DNA of 64,000 nt from the NCBI GenBank assembly GCA_964016885.1, contig OZ024746.1, forward strand, positions 82,274,001 to 82,338,000, read 5' to 3'. Source of the DNA: Eledone cirrhosa. Its lineage: Eukaryota. Positions within the stretch are counted from its first letter, which is position 1, and every line of letters starts with the position of its first letter. A program made the translations under genes and the position numbers. The notes below the pieces were generated by a model. It saw nothing but the letters and a program-made list of their open reading frames with translations, did no database searches and was not told the origin of the DNA. Shown in pieces: positions 1 through 11,214 of the stretch.

Positions 1-441
1 CTGAGCTCCAGCCGTTTCAACAGCTAGGTCAAAACAGCCAGAGCTCAGCTGTCACAGTCCTGAATCTTTTCATATTACCCACTCTACTACCCCAAGTATC
101 GAGTGCTCTGGTGGGTTATGGTCTAGCTGGTTTTTACCATACCCTATCTGATATATATATATATATATAATTGGTGTGGGATGCTTAAAGCGTCCGTATG
201 CGGTAGGCCGTTTGAGCACTCCATGCTTTTACAGAGCAAAGTATAATATCACATAAGAAATGGAGAATCAGTGGTGCGACGAATAAAATTTATTAGACAT
301 ATTACAATTGTTTCTCTGGCGACCAGCTCGAGGCATGATCGAACCTGACTCTGAAATCGCAAGGTCCTCATATACGTCTCACCACTGATTCTCCGTTTCT
401 TATGTGATATATATATATTTATATATACACAGTTTATACAC

Positions 442-692
442 AGTTACAACCATTTCACAGATGGGTGGCTTAGAATCTATATTAATGCTATAGATCCGAC
501 TCCAGCCCGATCTGTTCTTCAGACTTGTTATTCAGGCAAAACCAAATCTGATGAGCAGATCGGACTGCAGTCGGGTATAAAAGGATCTATTATCTATTGG
601 TCGCAACTCCAGGTAGAAGGAACAGTGTGAAATAAAGTGTATATGGCATTAATATAGATCCTGAGCCACCCATCTGTGAAACAGTTGTAATT
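442..692. ncRNA. Divergent pair of type I hammerhead-like motifs in an inverted repeat (Penelope-like terminus)
   Basis: + strand: aat-CTGATGA-GCAGAT...ATCTGT-GAAA-CAGTTG-TA-att. - strand: agt-CTGAAGA-ACAGAT...ATCTGT-GAAA-TGGTTG-TA-act. Confidence 0.55.
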
Positions 693-927
693 ATATATAA
701 TCAATAAAGATCTTAATGTGAAACCTCACTTTGTTTTCAATATATACATTCTGCTCTAGCATAGAGTGCTGATTTTCATACCTGCCTCAGTAAACCACAA
801 ATCTACTGAACTATCTAAAATGACCACTGGGTGAAGAAATGCCAGGAAATTTCAATGGAAGGAAGCCACAGTAGAGGAAGACCAACAAAGACCTGGGCTG
901 AGGTTGTGAGAGGTGACCTCAAATCGC

Positions 928-959
<32 letters not shown>

Positions 960-1044
960 AATGAAGTAATTCCGTCGGAAAAGTCCAGGAAAAAAGAGTG
1001 CTCTATGTAGGTAACAGAGCTTAATAGTTATGTAATAAACAACA

Positions 1045-1083
<39 letters not shown>

Positions 1084-2798
1084 TTCGCCTTTGGCACAAG
1101 GCCAGCAATTACTGCAATGCATTATTGGTGCTTTATTTTATCGAGCCCATAAGGGTGAAAGGCAAAATCCTACTGAGGTTAACTGTGTCTTTCATCCTTA
1201 CGAGGTCAATAAAATAAAGTACCAGTAATGCACTGCAGTAATTGCTGGCCTTGTGCCAAAAGTAGAAACAACTATATATATATATATATATATAGCGATT
1301 TAAGGTCAGCTCTCACAACCTCACCCGAGGTCTTTCTTGGTCTTCCTCTACTGTAGCTTCCTTCCACTGAGATCTCCTGGCATTTCTCCACCCAGCGGTC
1401 ATTGTCCATGCGCTTCACATGTCCATACTCAATATATTTTTATCTTTAGTAATTTTCGCATGTCAGTAATCAACATAAACTATAGATGGATAGCCTCCAG
1501 CCAGGTTGATGAAGGTGTCCCATAGCCCTGGTTGACTTCAGCTTCTATTTGCACAAGAATTATATTCAAAATGTTCAGTCCTAAAGGTGGCCATGAATTA
1601 GGTGTCAGAGTGGGTGAGAAAGACCCCAAGCTTTCTTGGAAACTAAGGTATAAATATTCATAGACTTGGTTCTTATAAACAGTTTATCACTAGCATGTTA
1701 CACATCTCCTCCTCAATCTGCACTTTATCTGTTGCTTTATGTCTCTTTTCAAAATGTCACTCACTCTTTCATAGAGTATTTGAGGGAATGTAAACTTCAT
1801 ACAATTCCACAGGGAGAGGGTTTCTACTTTCATGTCTTACTTATCTCTTGAGGGCTCTTTTTTTTCTACTTGTCTCTAACAGTTTGCCATTCCTCTCTGT
1901 TGTTGTAAGACAATGGGATGAGATTGGATTGGCAGTATTGGCTGAGCATCAGACAAAATGCTTTGTAGTGTTTAGTTATGACTCATTACATTCTGAGTTC
2001 AAATCCAGCTGAAGTCAACTTTGATTTACATCCTTCCGGGGTCAATAAAATAAAGTACCAGTCAAGTACTCGAGTCATATAATCAACTTTCTCTTCCCCA
2101 AATTGCTGGCCTTGTGCCTAAATTAGAAATCATTATTAGTTATGACCCTTTACAGTCTGAGTTTAATCCCGCTGAGGTTAACTTTGCCTTTCATCCTTAC
2201 GGGGTCAATGAAATAAAGTACCAGTATATATGTGTGTATATATATATGTGTGTATGTATATATATATATGTGTGTGTATGGCCATCCAAAATCACTGGGA
2301 GAGATGACCCCTTAGCCTTTGTCAAGGCAGAATTCTAGGAGAAGGAAAACTCTGATATAACACCTGCAACCCTGATGGTATCCAATGATGTTGACTTGTT
2401 CTTCTTTTTGGTAAATATCATCTTGGTTAAGAGAGTGGGACTGGCTTTGTGCAGTGCCTTTGCTCACTATAAAAGCTTCACGGCACAGGCATTGCTTTAT
2501 ATCTGGAGATCTCTCTGCACTTGTCGTCACATGGTACCATGGGTCCAGCACTATGTGTCAATAATTGTCACAAGTGTAATGTTTGTACCAGAGTTTTCAA
2601 GTCGCTGGCTGGACTAAACAGTCACACTCGTTCAGTGCATCGGTAGGGGTTCTCCTACATGGATATAAAGTAGTGGCCGTACTCGAAAACGAGTTGGCAG
2701 CCACCATATGTGTGTGTATGTATATATATGTGTGTGTGTGTATATATATGTGTGTATAGAAATCACATGAATCAAAGTTCTGTTCAAACCATTTATTA

Positions 2799-2843
2799 GC
2801 TTACAATTGTTTCGTCCAAACCGAGGTTTGGAGTCTTCGGAGC
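2799..2843 (-). ncRNA. Degenerate minimal hammerhead-like motif
   Basis: gct-CCGAAGA-c-TCCAAAC-ctcg-GTTTGGA-c-GAAA-CAATTG-TA-agc. One core substitution, with palindromic CAATTG in stem III. Confidence 0.5.
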
Positions 2844-3405
2844 AATTTTTCAATGATTGTTTACATACATGACCTCCTTTCCAACACAAGAGACATCCAG
2901 AAATATATGTATATATTGATGCACAGTGGGGTGACATCCATTATAATATTTTAGCATGGCAATTTACATTCAAAAATTAAAATCATATTAAAATTAAAAC
3001 AAAATTAAAGTTAAAATACAACATCGGCAGTTTACGAAGATAATGCAAGAGGATAGTTTGAAGTAGTTAGTGTATGTAATAGTTACACGTGAGGCATGCA
3101 CATGTGTCTTATTTATATAAGATTAATGTGCGGCAAGGTGTTATATGCAATACAAGCACTTTAAGCGGGTAATCAAGAGTATTATGGGGGTTGTATTGGT
3201 AAAGTATTTTTTATGTATGATAAAGAAGCTTGTGTGCAGAGAAATATTAGAAATGAGAAGCAAAATAATGTTATGGTTTTTGAATACACCACCATTTTCA
3301 CAATCAAGGAAACGTAATATATAGATTATATGTCCTTCACATAATTAACGATGATTCAGTATATATGTGTGTATATATTTATATATATGTGTGTATATAT
3401 ATATA

Positions 3406-3468
<63 letters not shown>

Positions 3469-3471
3469 GTT

Positions 3472-3838
3472 GAGGCACATGGCTTAGTGGTTAGAGCATT
3501 GGCCTTGCAATCGAAAGGTTGTGAGTTCAATTCTCAGACCGGGTGAGACACTTTATTTCACATTTCTCCAGTTTACTCAGCTGTAGGAATGAGATGATAG
3601 GGACTGGGGTCCATATCATTCCACTGTTGAGTGGTCGTGGAGGTGCCACGGCAAAAAAGCACCCAGCCCACACTATAAAGTGGACGTGTAGGCGCCACGG
3701 AAAAAAATCACCCACCACTCACTGTAAATGAGGTTGGTGTTAGGAATCAAGTTGGTGTAGAAATCAAGCCAGAATCAGTTCCCGTCTGCAAGCAGGGAAA
3801 AGTGGACGTAAAATAAAATGCTGATGATGATGATGATG
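3472..3838 (+). mobile_element. tRNA-derived SINE with (GAT)n tail
   Basis: Pol III A box TGGCTTAGTGG and B box GAGTTCAATTC. The 3' end GCAAGCAGGGAAAAGTGGACGTAAA-(GAT)n is shared with many copies (e.g. 27080-27180, 36770-36940, 42630-42830, 51330-51490, 62410-62580). Confidence 0.8.
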
Positions 3839-4625
3839 TGTGTATATATGAGTATATATATAATATATATATGTGTATAAATATATGAGTATATATATAT
3901 ATATGTGTATATATATATCATCATCATCATTGTGTGTGTGTATATATATAACAAAGAAAGTGTGGTAAGTAACCAGGTGGCCAGAGTACTCGATACTTAG
4001 GGTGGGTAATAAGAAAATAGTCAGGACCCCGACAGCTAGATTTGAACTAAACCAATAGTATTAGGACGCTTGCCGTCCTGGTTTAGTTCAGATCTAGCTA
4101 TCGAAATGGCCGGAGCTCAGCCGTCAGGGTCCTGACTCTTTTCCTATATATATTTGTTCTGTAAGATTTTTGATGAGAAATTCTGTGCTGAAACTGATAT
4201 TGCCAATAAAAAGAAGCACATGCACCATATGAGTTTTCACTTTATCTTTATTGTCAAAAGAGATGATAGAGTAGAAGGTTAAGACCAGAAAGAAGAAGAG
4301 GTACAAAAGAGAACAGAGTGTCATTGAGGAAGTCACAGAATGTGTGATGAATGAATAAATAACGAGCAATAAAGATAAAGTGAAAATCATATCGTCTATG
4401 TGTTTCTTTTTATTAGCAATACTGGCAACATGATCATCCCCAAACATAACAATATATATATATATATAGTTGTTACGTTGTAATTTCTTGAGGATAAACC
4501 AGTCCTAGTGATCCAAAGCACTTCACATCAGTAGTTTATCCCGAGTAAGTTATTATGAGTGACGGAGTATTCATTTATCAAAAAATGGTAGTTGAGACAG
4601 GATTAGTTCACCATAATTGTTTATT

Positions 4626-4676
4626 GCATGATATATATTTCTGTTACATGGTTATTCATGTGACTTCATCAGATGC
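4626..4676 (-). ncRNA. Minimal type I hammerhead-like motif ~80 nt upstream of MTHFR coding exon 1 (antisense)
   Basis: GCAT-CTGATGA-a-GTCACATG-aataac-CATGTAAC-a-GAAA-TATATA-TC-ATGC. Confidence 0.6.
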
Positions 4677-4755
4677 TTACACAATCTCTCTCTCTATATA
4701 TATATATAAATAATCCATATTCATTAATTTCTTTCTTTAGTTAATCTTTCAGAAA

Positions 4756-4940
4756 ATGCCTGAAATTTGTGAAACGAACAAGCAGGAGAACAATGGACAA
4801 CCCCGAAAGACATCTTGCAAAAATAATTTCATTCCTCTCATTGACCAAATGAAACTCCAAATTGCTTCAAATAATCACTGGTTCTCATTAGAATTCTTCC
4901 CACCAAAAACAACCAATGGAGCTAGAGATCTGTTTGATAT
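4756..4940 (+). CDS. MTHFR: MTHFR coding exon 1 (MPEICE...WFSLEFFPPKTTNGARDLFD)
   Basis: FSLEFFPP motif with the catalytic Glu. Acceptor ttctttcag lies 3 nt before the ATG, so a non-coding exon must lie upstream. Donor GTAAGA at 4941, phase 2. Confidence 0.93.
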
Positions 4941-5239
4941 GTAAGATCATTTTTTCTCATTGTTACTAGCTTATTAAGGCACTAAAATCTCATCTACCAC
5001 TTTGAATAATACACCCAGTATATTCTGTAAAGTGTTTGGTGATAGGAAGGGCATCCAACCATAAAAAGTTTGCCAAACAAAGGGTTGAGAGGACCCTTCA
5101 GTTGTGTCAAAGACATGATATAACTTACTGCCGAGTCATGGTAGATCCTCTACTTTCACTAAAATACCCAGTCTGCATCTTACCATGTATCAAGTATATC
5201 TTTGATTTGTGGTCTTCCCCATCTCTGTATTGCAGAATA

Positions 5240-5281
<42 letters not shown>

Positions 5282-5295
5282 AAGTAAAAAGAGGA

Positions 5296-5523
5296 TTAAC
5301 ACAGATAAGTGATATAATAGGGTTTATTCCAAGCATTAACATATGTTTCATCTCCAGGTGTTAAATTGATTTTTGTCTTGAAATCACTATTATCAATAAT
5401 TAATGATGATAGCGATGAAACTTGTAACTGGATTCCTGTTAGGACCAACTGCGTATTCGGCGCAGATGTAGCAGAATACATCAGGCTTATTTTTGCAAAA
5501 TCTTCTGGCTGAATTTCATTCAC
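5296..5523 (-). CDS. Putative terminal exon of an unidentified antisense gene nested in MTHFR intron 1
   Basis: Strong acceptor tttttcttttgcag and 75 open codons with protein-like composition. Only phase 0 is open. No recognisable homology. Confidence 0.3.
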   Translation of the reverse strand: MNEIQPEDFAKISLMYSATSAPNTQLVLTGIQLQVSSLSSLIIDNSDFKTKINLTPGDETYVNAWNKPYYITYLC

Positions 5524-6419
5524 CTGCAAAAGAAAAATACCAGTTAGTCAAAAATTGGTGAACGTAAACTCTTCAGAATTCATTTATTTAAAGAAATAAG
5601 AAAGAATTTTGCATCATATAAATAGAAAATACCTGTACATGTAAACATAAACATAAAAAACATCATGTGGCAATACATCAAAAGGTTGACTTGATTGAGC
5701 AAAACCAATGTGATTTTTGGATTCAATTTCACAATTGACAATTGTGAAAACTTGATTTTAAATACATAAAATAATATGTGTCTGGCAAATATATATATAT
5801 ATATGTAATTCTAATAATATACCAAGATGTAAAGGTACGTGTTTTCTTTCCTTTCCCATGATCTTTTCTTTGTATTTTGCCTGAAAATTTCAAATTTCTT
5901 CCCTAATTTGTTGGGCTATGGAAGTGAACATAAACATTAAGCTGATGAAATCACTGTTAAATTGGAAACCACTGTAGCTGCTGCTGCTAACATGAAGCCA
6001 GGAGTCCACTTGACCAGTAAACTTTCTCTAGACAATGTGTACTGTTTCATCTGTATGCCCACTTCTTTCAACACTATTTGCTTTGAAAAATGACCAAAAT
6101 GTTTGAAAATTAAGTTTAATTCTTTTACCATCATATTTCCAATGAAAGACACTGCCTATGCTTTTCAAATAAATGTGAAAATAATAGAGAATTTGGAAGG
6201 ATTTAATAATATAACTAACTTTTTCATTATGAGGTTGGTGTTTGGAACATAACTTAACAAGGGATTTTACATAAAATTATGATGGAAGATTTTTTATATA
6301 AATATAATCACTTTAAAATAAACAGTTTTGTATCATACAATGAAAGGCAGTTGGGAATCAACAGAGTTAAAGGCTTCCAAGTTTGTCTAAAATATTTGTG
6401 TGTATGTGTGTGTGTGTAT

Positions 6420-7005
6420 TTGGCACAATTGTGAGATCATCAGTCAAACTGCTTTGCGGTATTTAGTTATAGCCATTTATATTCTGGGCTTATATCCCAC
6501 CGTGGTAAGCTTTGACTTTCATCTTTCTGGGCTTTGATAAAATAAAATACCAGTCAAGTACTAGAGTTGATATTATTGAGTTTCATCTCTCCTAAATGTG
6601 CTGGCTTTGTGCCTAAATTTTTGTGGCATATAGTTACATCTCTTTATATTCTGATTTCAAATCCTGCCAAGGTCAGCTTAGTCTTTCATCCTTACAGGAT
6701 CATTAAAATAAAGTATCAGTAACGTACTGCGGTTGATTTAATCGACTTTCCCCTGCCCCCAAATTTCTGGGCTTGTGCCTAAAATAGAAACAATTATTAT
6801 TATTACTAGATGAAACACGGTGGATTGACAGTATCGGTAGAGAGTCAGACATCATGCTTTGCAGAATAGAGTTACGGCTCTTTACGGTCTGACTTCAAAT
6901 CCCGCCAAGGTTAATTTTGCCTTTCATCCTTACGGGGTCGATAAAATAAAGTACCAGTAATGCACGGAGATAATTGCTGGGCTTGTGCCTAAAGTAGAAA
7001 CAATT
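6420..7005 (+). mobile_element. Head-to-tail cluster of tRNA-derived SINEs with a Meta-domain-like core (GACTTTGCCTTTCATCCTTACGGGGTCGATAAAATAAAGTACCAG)
   Basis: B box GAGTTCAAATC, conserved core and (ATT)n tail. The last copy is flanked by an apparent TSD ATTATTATTACTAGATGA. Other copies lie at ~1920-2225, 18485-18600, 20470-20730, 24535-24690, 38645-38840, 51515-51725, 52270-53060 and 53250-53425. Confidence 0.85.
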
Positions 7006-7012
7006 ATTATTA

Positions 7013-7277
7013 CTAGATGAGAGCGATGTCGTCTTCTCCCTCTTTCTGTCAGACACACATACACACACTCTCTCTCTAAACAAATGACGCTCCTTTCCTC
7101 TTTCTACCTATGTACACTCCCCCTCTGTCTATCTACCTCTTTCTGTCACATCGAAAATACACAGCATTCCCTTTTCTCTCTATCTCTCGCTTGGGGCTCC
7201 CCCTCTCTATGAGTGAGCATGATGGACAGAAGGACAGACGGTCGTACAGACAGACAGCGCTCTTATTATAATATAGA
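7013..7277 (-). mobile_element. Short non-autonomous Helitron-like element
   Basis: A|TCTATATTATAATAAGAG...(CTGT)n 5' end, 3' subterminal hairpin and CTAG|T end on the - strand. Confidence 0.6.
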
Positions 7278-7445
7278 TCATAGTGGATTGGCAGAATTGA
7301 TAGAACATCAGATAAAATGCTGTACACCATTTATCCCTGCTCATTATATTCTGAGTTTAAATTAATTATTTTCCCCCTTCTCTATGCCAATGTTAGAAAG
7401 AATTATTTTTATTATTATTTTTGTTGTTTATTTATTTATTTGCAG

Positions 7446-7687
7446 GATGGAATGTTTTGCTGAAAGCCAGCCACTGTTCTGTGATATGACATGGCATATA
7501 AAAAATGATCCAAAGAACTTGGAGAAACCAACCAGTTCACTCTGTATGGCAAGCACAATGTTGAATTATTTGAATTTACCCACTATGTTACATATTACAA
7601 GCTACAGCCAATCTCTCGCAGAGATTAAAGAAATTATGATAAAAGCTAAAGATCAAGGAATCCGAAATATTTTAGCCTTACGAGGAG
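7446..7687 (+). CDS. MTHFR: MTHFR coding exon 2 (MECFAESQPLFCDMTWH...LHITS...IRNILALRG)
   Basis: Acceptor tttgcag and donor GTGAGT. The TWH, LHxT and NILALRG(D) motifs are present and phases join exons 1 and 3. Confidence 0.95.
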
Positions 7688-7797
7688 GTGAGTGACTCTT
7701 TTTTTTCTTTAGGCTGCATTAGCCCTTTGGATACCAAAAACTTCCCAGGTTATATGATACAAAACTGTTAATTTTAAAATGTTTATACTTATATTAA

Positions 7798-8007
7798 CCC
7801 TTTAGCCTTTAAACCGGACGTATCTGGCCAGAATTCTCTCACCTCTTTCTGTTCAAACTGGCCACTCATATTGATGTTAAGGTATTGTTCTCAAAATAAA
7901 TAATATCAAAATCTCATAGATTTGATATTATGTGAGATATTATGTGAAGTAAAGCCTTTACTGTGAAAATACAATACTAAATATAGAGTAATGTAAATGC
8001 TAAAGGG
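7798..8007. mobile_element. piggyBac-type MITE (TTAA TSD, CCCTTTAGC TIR), nested in a second CCCTTT-ended MITE (~7723-8182)
   Basis: TTAA|CCCTTTAGC ... GCTAAAGGG|TTAA. Closely similar copies at 11005-11214 and 43067-43257. Confidence 0.85.
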
Positions 8008-8489
8008 TTAAATCCTTCTATCATAATTGTATTTAAGTAATTTTTGTTAAGTAATGTTCTAAATGTCAGCTTCTTAATTAAAGTGTTAGTTATTTTATTA
8101 AATTCCTCTAAATATTGGATTATATTCAGAATTAATTGAAACACAAGCAATGTGTTTCATTAGAAACACAGTAATGAAAGGGCTAAGATATTGTTTTTAT
8201 TAAGAGACAGTGACATAGGGACATATTTAGGGAAGTAGAAGCAACGTCAACATCCACAGCATCATTAGCAAACTCAATACAAAGTGTAAATAAGTATCAA
8301 CAAACAGCTACATGCATGTATACATACACCAGTATACATAAACCTGCTTTCATACACACACACATCTGTAATCACATGCCTGCTGTTGTGCATGCACATA
8401 CACCTCACAAGCCAATGAAGGAACTTCTTTTATCACTTGGTCTGCTTAAAATAGCAGCCACAAATTACACCCATCTATCTTTTTAAACA

Positions 8490-10300
8490 GGTGCATTGGA
8501 TAATTGGGTCTTAAAAGGGACATATTGAATAATGTGGTCTTAAAAAACTTACATTGGATAATGGAGTTTTGAAAAGGGTACATTGAACAATGTGGTCTTT
8601 AAAAGAGTACATTGGACAATGTGGTCTTTAAAAGAGTACATTGGACAATGTGGTCTTTAAAAGAGTACATTGGACAATGTGGTCTTTAAAAGAGTACATT
8701 GGACAATGTGGTCTTTAAAAGAGTACATTGGACAATGTGGTCTTTAAAAGAGTACATTGGACAATGTGGTCTTTAAAAGAGTACATTGGACAATGTGGTC
8801 TTTAAAAGAGTACATTGGACAATGTGGTCTTTAAAAGAGTACATTGGACAATGTGGTCTTTAAAAGAGTACATTGGACAATGTGGTCTTTAAAAGAGTAC
8901 ATTCGACAATGTGGTCTTTAAAAGAGTACATTCGACAATGTGGTCTTTAAAGGAGTACAATGGACAATGTGGTCTTTAAAAGAGTACATTGGACAATGTG
9001 GTCTTTAAAAGAGTACATTGGACAATGTGGTCTTTAAAAGAGTACATTGGACAATGTGGTCTTTAAAAGAGTACATTGGACAATGTGGTCTTTAAAAGAG
9101 TACATTGGACAATGTGGTCTTTAAAAGAGTACATTGGACAATGTGGTCTTTAAAAGAGTACATTGGACAATGTGGTCTTTAAAAGAGTACATTGGACAAT
9201 GTGGTCTTTAAAAGAGTACATTGGACAATGTGGTCTTTAAAAGAGTACATTGGACAATGTGGTCTTTAAAAGAGTACATTCGACAATGTGGTCTTTAAAA
9301 GAGTACATTCGACAATGTGGTCTTTAAAGGAGTACAATGGACAATGTGGTCTTTAAAAGAGTACATTGGACAATGTGGTCTTTAAAAGAGTACATTGGAC
9401 AATGTGGTCTTTAAAAGAGTACATTGGACAATGTGGTCTTTAAAAGAGTACATTGGACAATGTGGTCTTTAAAAGAGTACATTGGACAATGTGGTCTTTA
9501 AAAGAGTACATTGGACAATGTGGTCTTTAAAAGAGTACATTGGACAATGTGGTCTTTAAAAGAGTACATTGGACAATGTGGTCTTTAAAAGAGTACATTG
9601 GACAATGTGGTCTTTAAAAGAGTACATTGGACAATGTGGTCTTTAAAAGAGTACATTGGACAATGTGGTCTTTAAAAGAGTACATTGGACAATGTGGTCT
9701 TTAAAAGAGTACATTCGACAATGTGGTCTTTAAAAGAGTACATTCGACAATGTGGTCTTTAAAGGAGTACAATGGACAATGTGGTCTTTAAAAGAGTACA
9801 TTGGACAATGTGGTCTTTAAAAGAGTACATTGGACAATGTGGTCTTTAAAAGAGTACATTGGACAATGTGGTCTTTAAAAGAGTACATTGGACAATGTGG
9901 TCTTTAAAAGAGTACATTGGACAATGTGGTCTTTAAAAGAGTACATTGGACAATGTGGTCTTTAAAAGAGTACATTGGACAATGTGGTCTTTAAAAGAGT
10001 ACATTGGACAATGTGGTCTTTAAAAGAGTACATTGGACAATGTGGTCTTTAAAAGAGTACATTGGACAATGTGGTCTTTAAAAGAGTACATTCGACAATG
10101 TGGTCTTTAAAAGAGTACATTCGACAATGTGGTCTTTAAAGGAGTACAATGGACAATGTGGTCTTTAAAAGAGTACATTGGACAATGTGGTCTTTAAAAG
10201 AGTACATTGGACAATGTGGTCTTTAAAAGAGTACATTGGACAATGTGGTCTTTAAAAGAGTACATTGGATAATGTGGTCTTTAAAAGGGCATACTGGATA
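8490..10300 (+). repeat. 29-bp tandem satellite (AAAAGAGTACATTGGACAATGTGGTCTTT)n, ~58 homogeneous units plus degenerate edge units, in MTHFR intron 2
   Basis: Period of 29 counted directly (8601 to 8630). A block of three variant units recurs at 8904, 9281, 9716 and 10093. Confidence 0.97.
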
Positions 10301-10520
10301 ATATATCGTGGGTTGATTTAATCAACTTTTCCCTCCCCCAAAATTGTTGGCCTTATGCCTAAATGACAAAATATTATTATTATTATGTTTGATTTTTTTT
10401 TTTTTTGCACAAAAAAAAACCATACTGTATCATCCTATGTTGTCTTTATTGGCTGCTTAATGTCAGCCCTGTGTGGCTAATAAAAAAAACAATATTATTG
10501 TTGTTATTATTATTATTCAG

Positions 10521-10631
10521 ATAAAATCCCAGGTCATGTGACTTCTGCTGTAGATGAACTGCCTTATGCTACAGATCTGGTCAAATTAATACGAAAAGAA
10601 CATGGAGATCATTTTGTTATTGCTGTTGCTG
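10521..10631 (+). CDS. MTHFR: MTHFR coding exon 3 (DKIPGHVTSAVDELPYATDLVKLIRKEHGDHFVIAVA)
   Basis: Not in the ORF track. Acceptor attcag, donor GTAAGA, 111 nt, phase 1-1. YAxDLV..IR...GD.F.I.VAG motif. Confidence 0.95.
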
Positions 10632-11004
10632 GTAAGACAATCATAAATATCTCATACATTGTGGCAATGATCTAGTATGGCCAGAATAACACAGATTCAA
10701 ATTAACTAAAGAACTGAAAAATTATTTTCTTGATTGTTGTTGATGTTACTGTTTCCAAAATAAATTTCAGAATTGTTGAAAAAAGGGTGATTTCTTTTTT
10801 TTTATTTTATAAGTTAGTTCTTCAGTCCCTAAAAAATTTAGTAAGTAGTCAAGCAGTACTAAATCTGAAAAAGACTTTATATTACTGAAAACACTATTAA
10901 AATAATAAAGGGAAAATATAAGCATGTTTCATTTTAAATGGTCACAGCTTCAGTACTAGACATTGTGAGAATGTCTAAGAAAAGAATTGCTGGTCATATT
11001 TTAA

Positions 11005-11214
11005 CCCTTTAGCATTTAAACCGGCCATATCCAGCCAGAATTCTCTCACCTCTTTTTGTTCAAACCGGTCATAACCAGCTGCTCATACTGACATTAAGGT
11101 ATTGTTCTCAAAATAAATAATATCAAAATCTCATAGATTCAATATTATGTGAGATAAAGCCTTTTCTGTGAAAATACAATAGTATATATATAGAGTAATG
11201 TGAATGCTAAAGGG
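11005..11214. mobile_element. piggyBac-type MITE
   Basis: TTAA TSDs at 11001-11004 and 11215-11218, TIR CCCTTTAGCATT. Confidence 0.88.

Noticed and set aside
3472-3545. tRNA gene
   Set aside because: It has A and B boxes but no convincing acceptor stem, and it continues into a SINE body and (GAT)n tail, so it is a SINE head.
8490-10300. CRISPR-like 29-bp repeat array
   Set aside because: Units are contiguous with no unique spacers, there are no cas genes, and the context is a eukaryotic intron.
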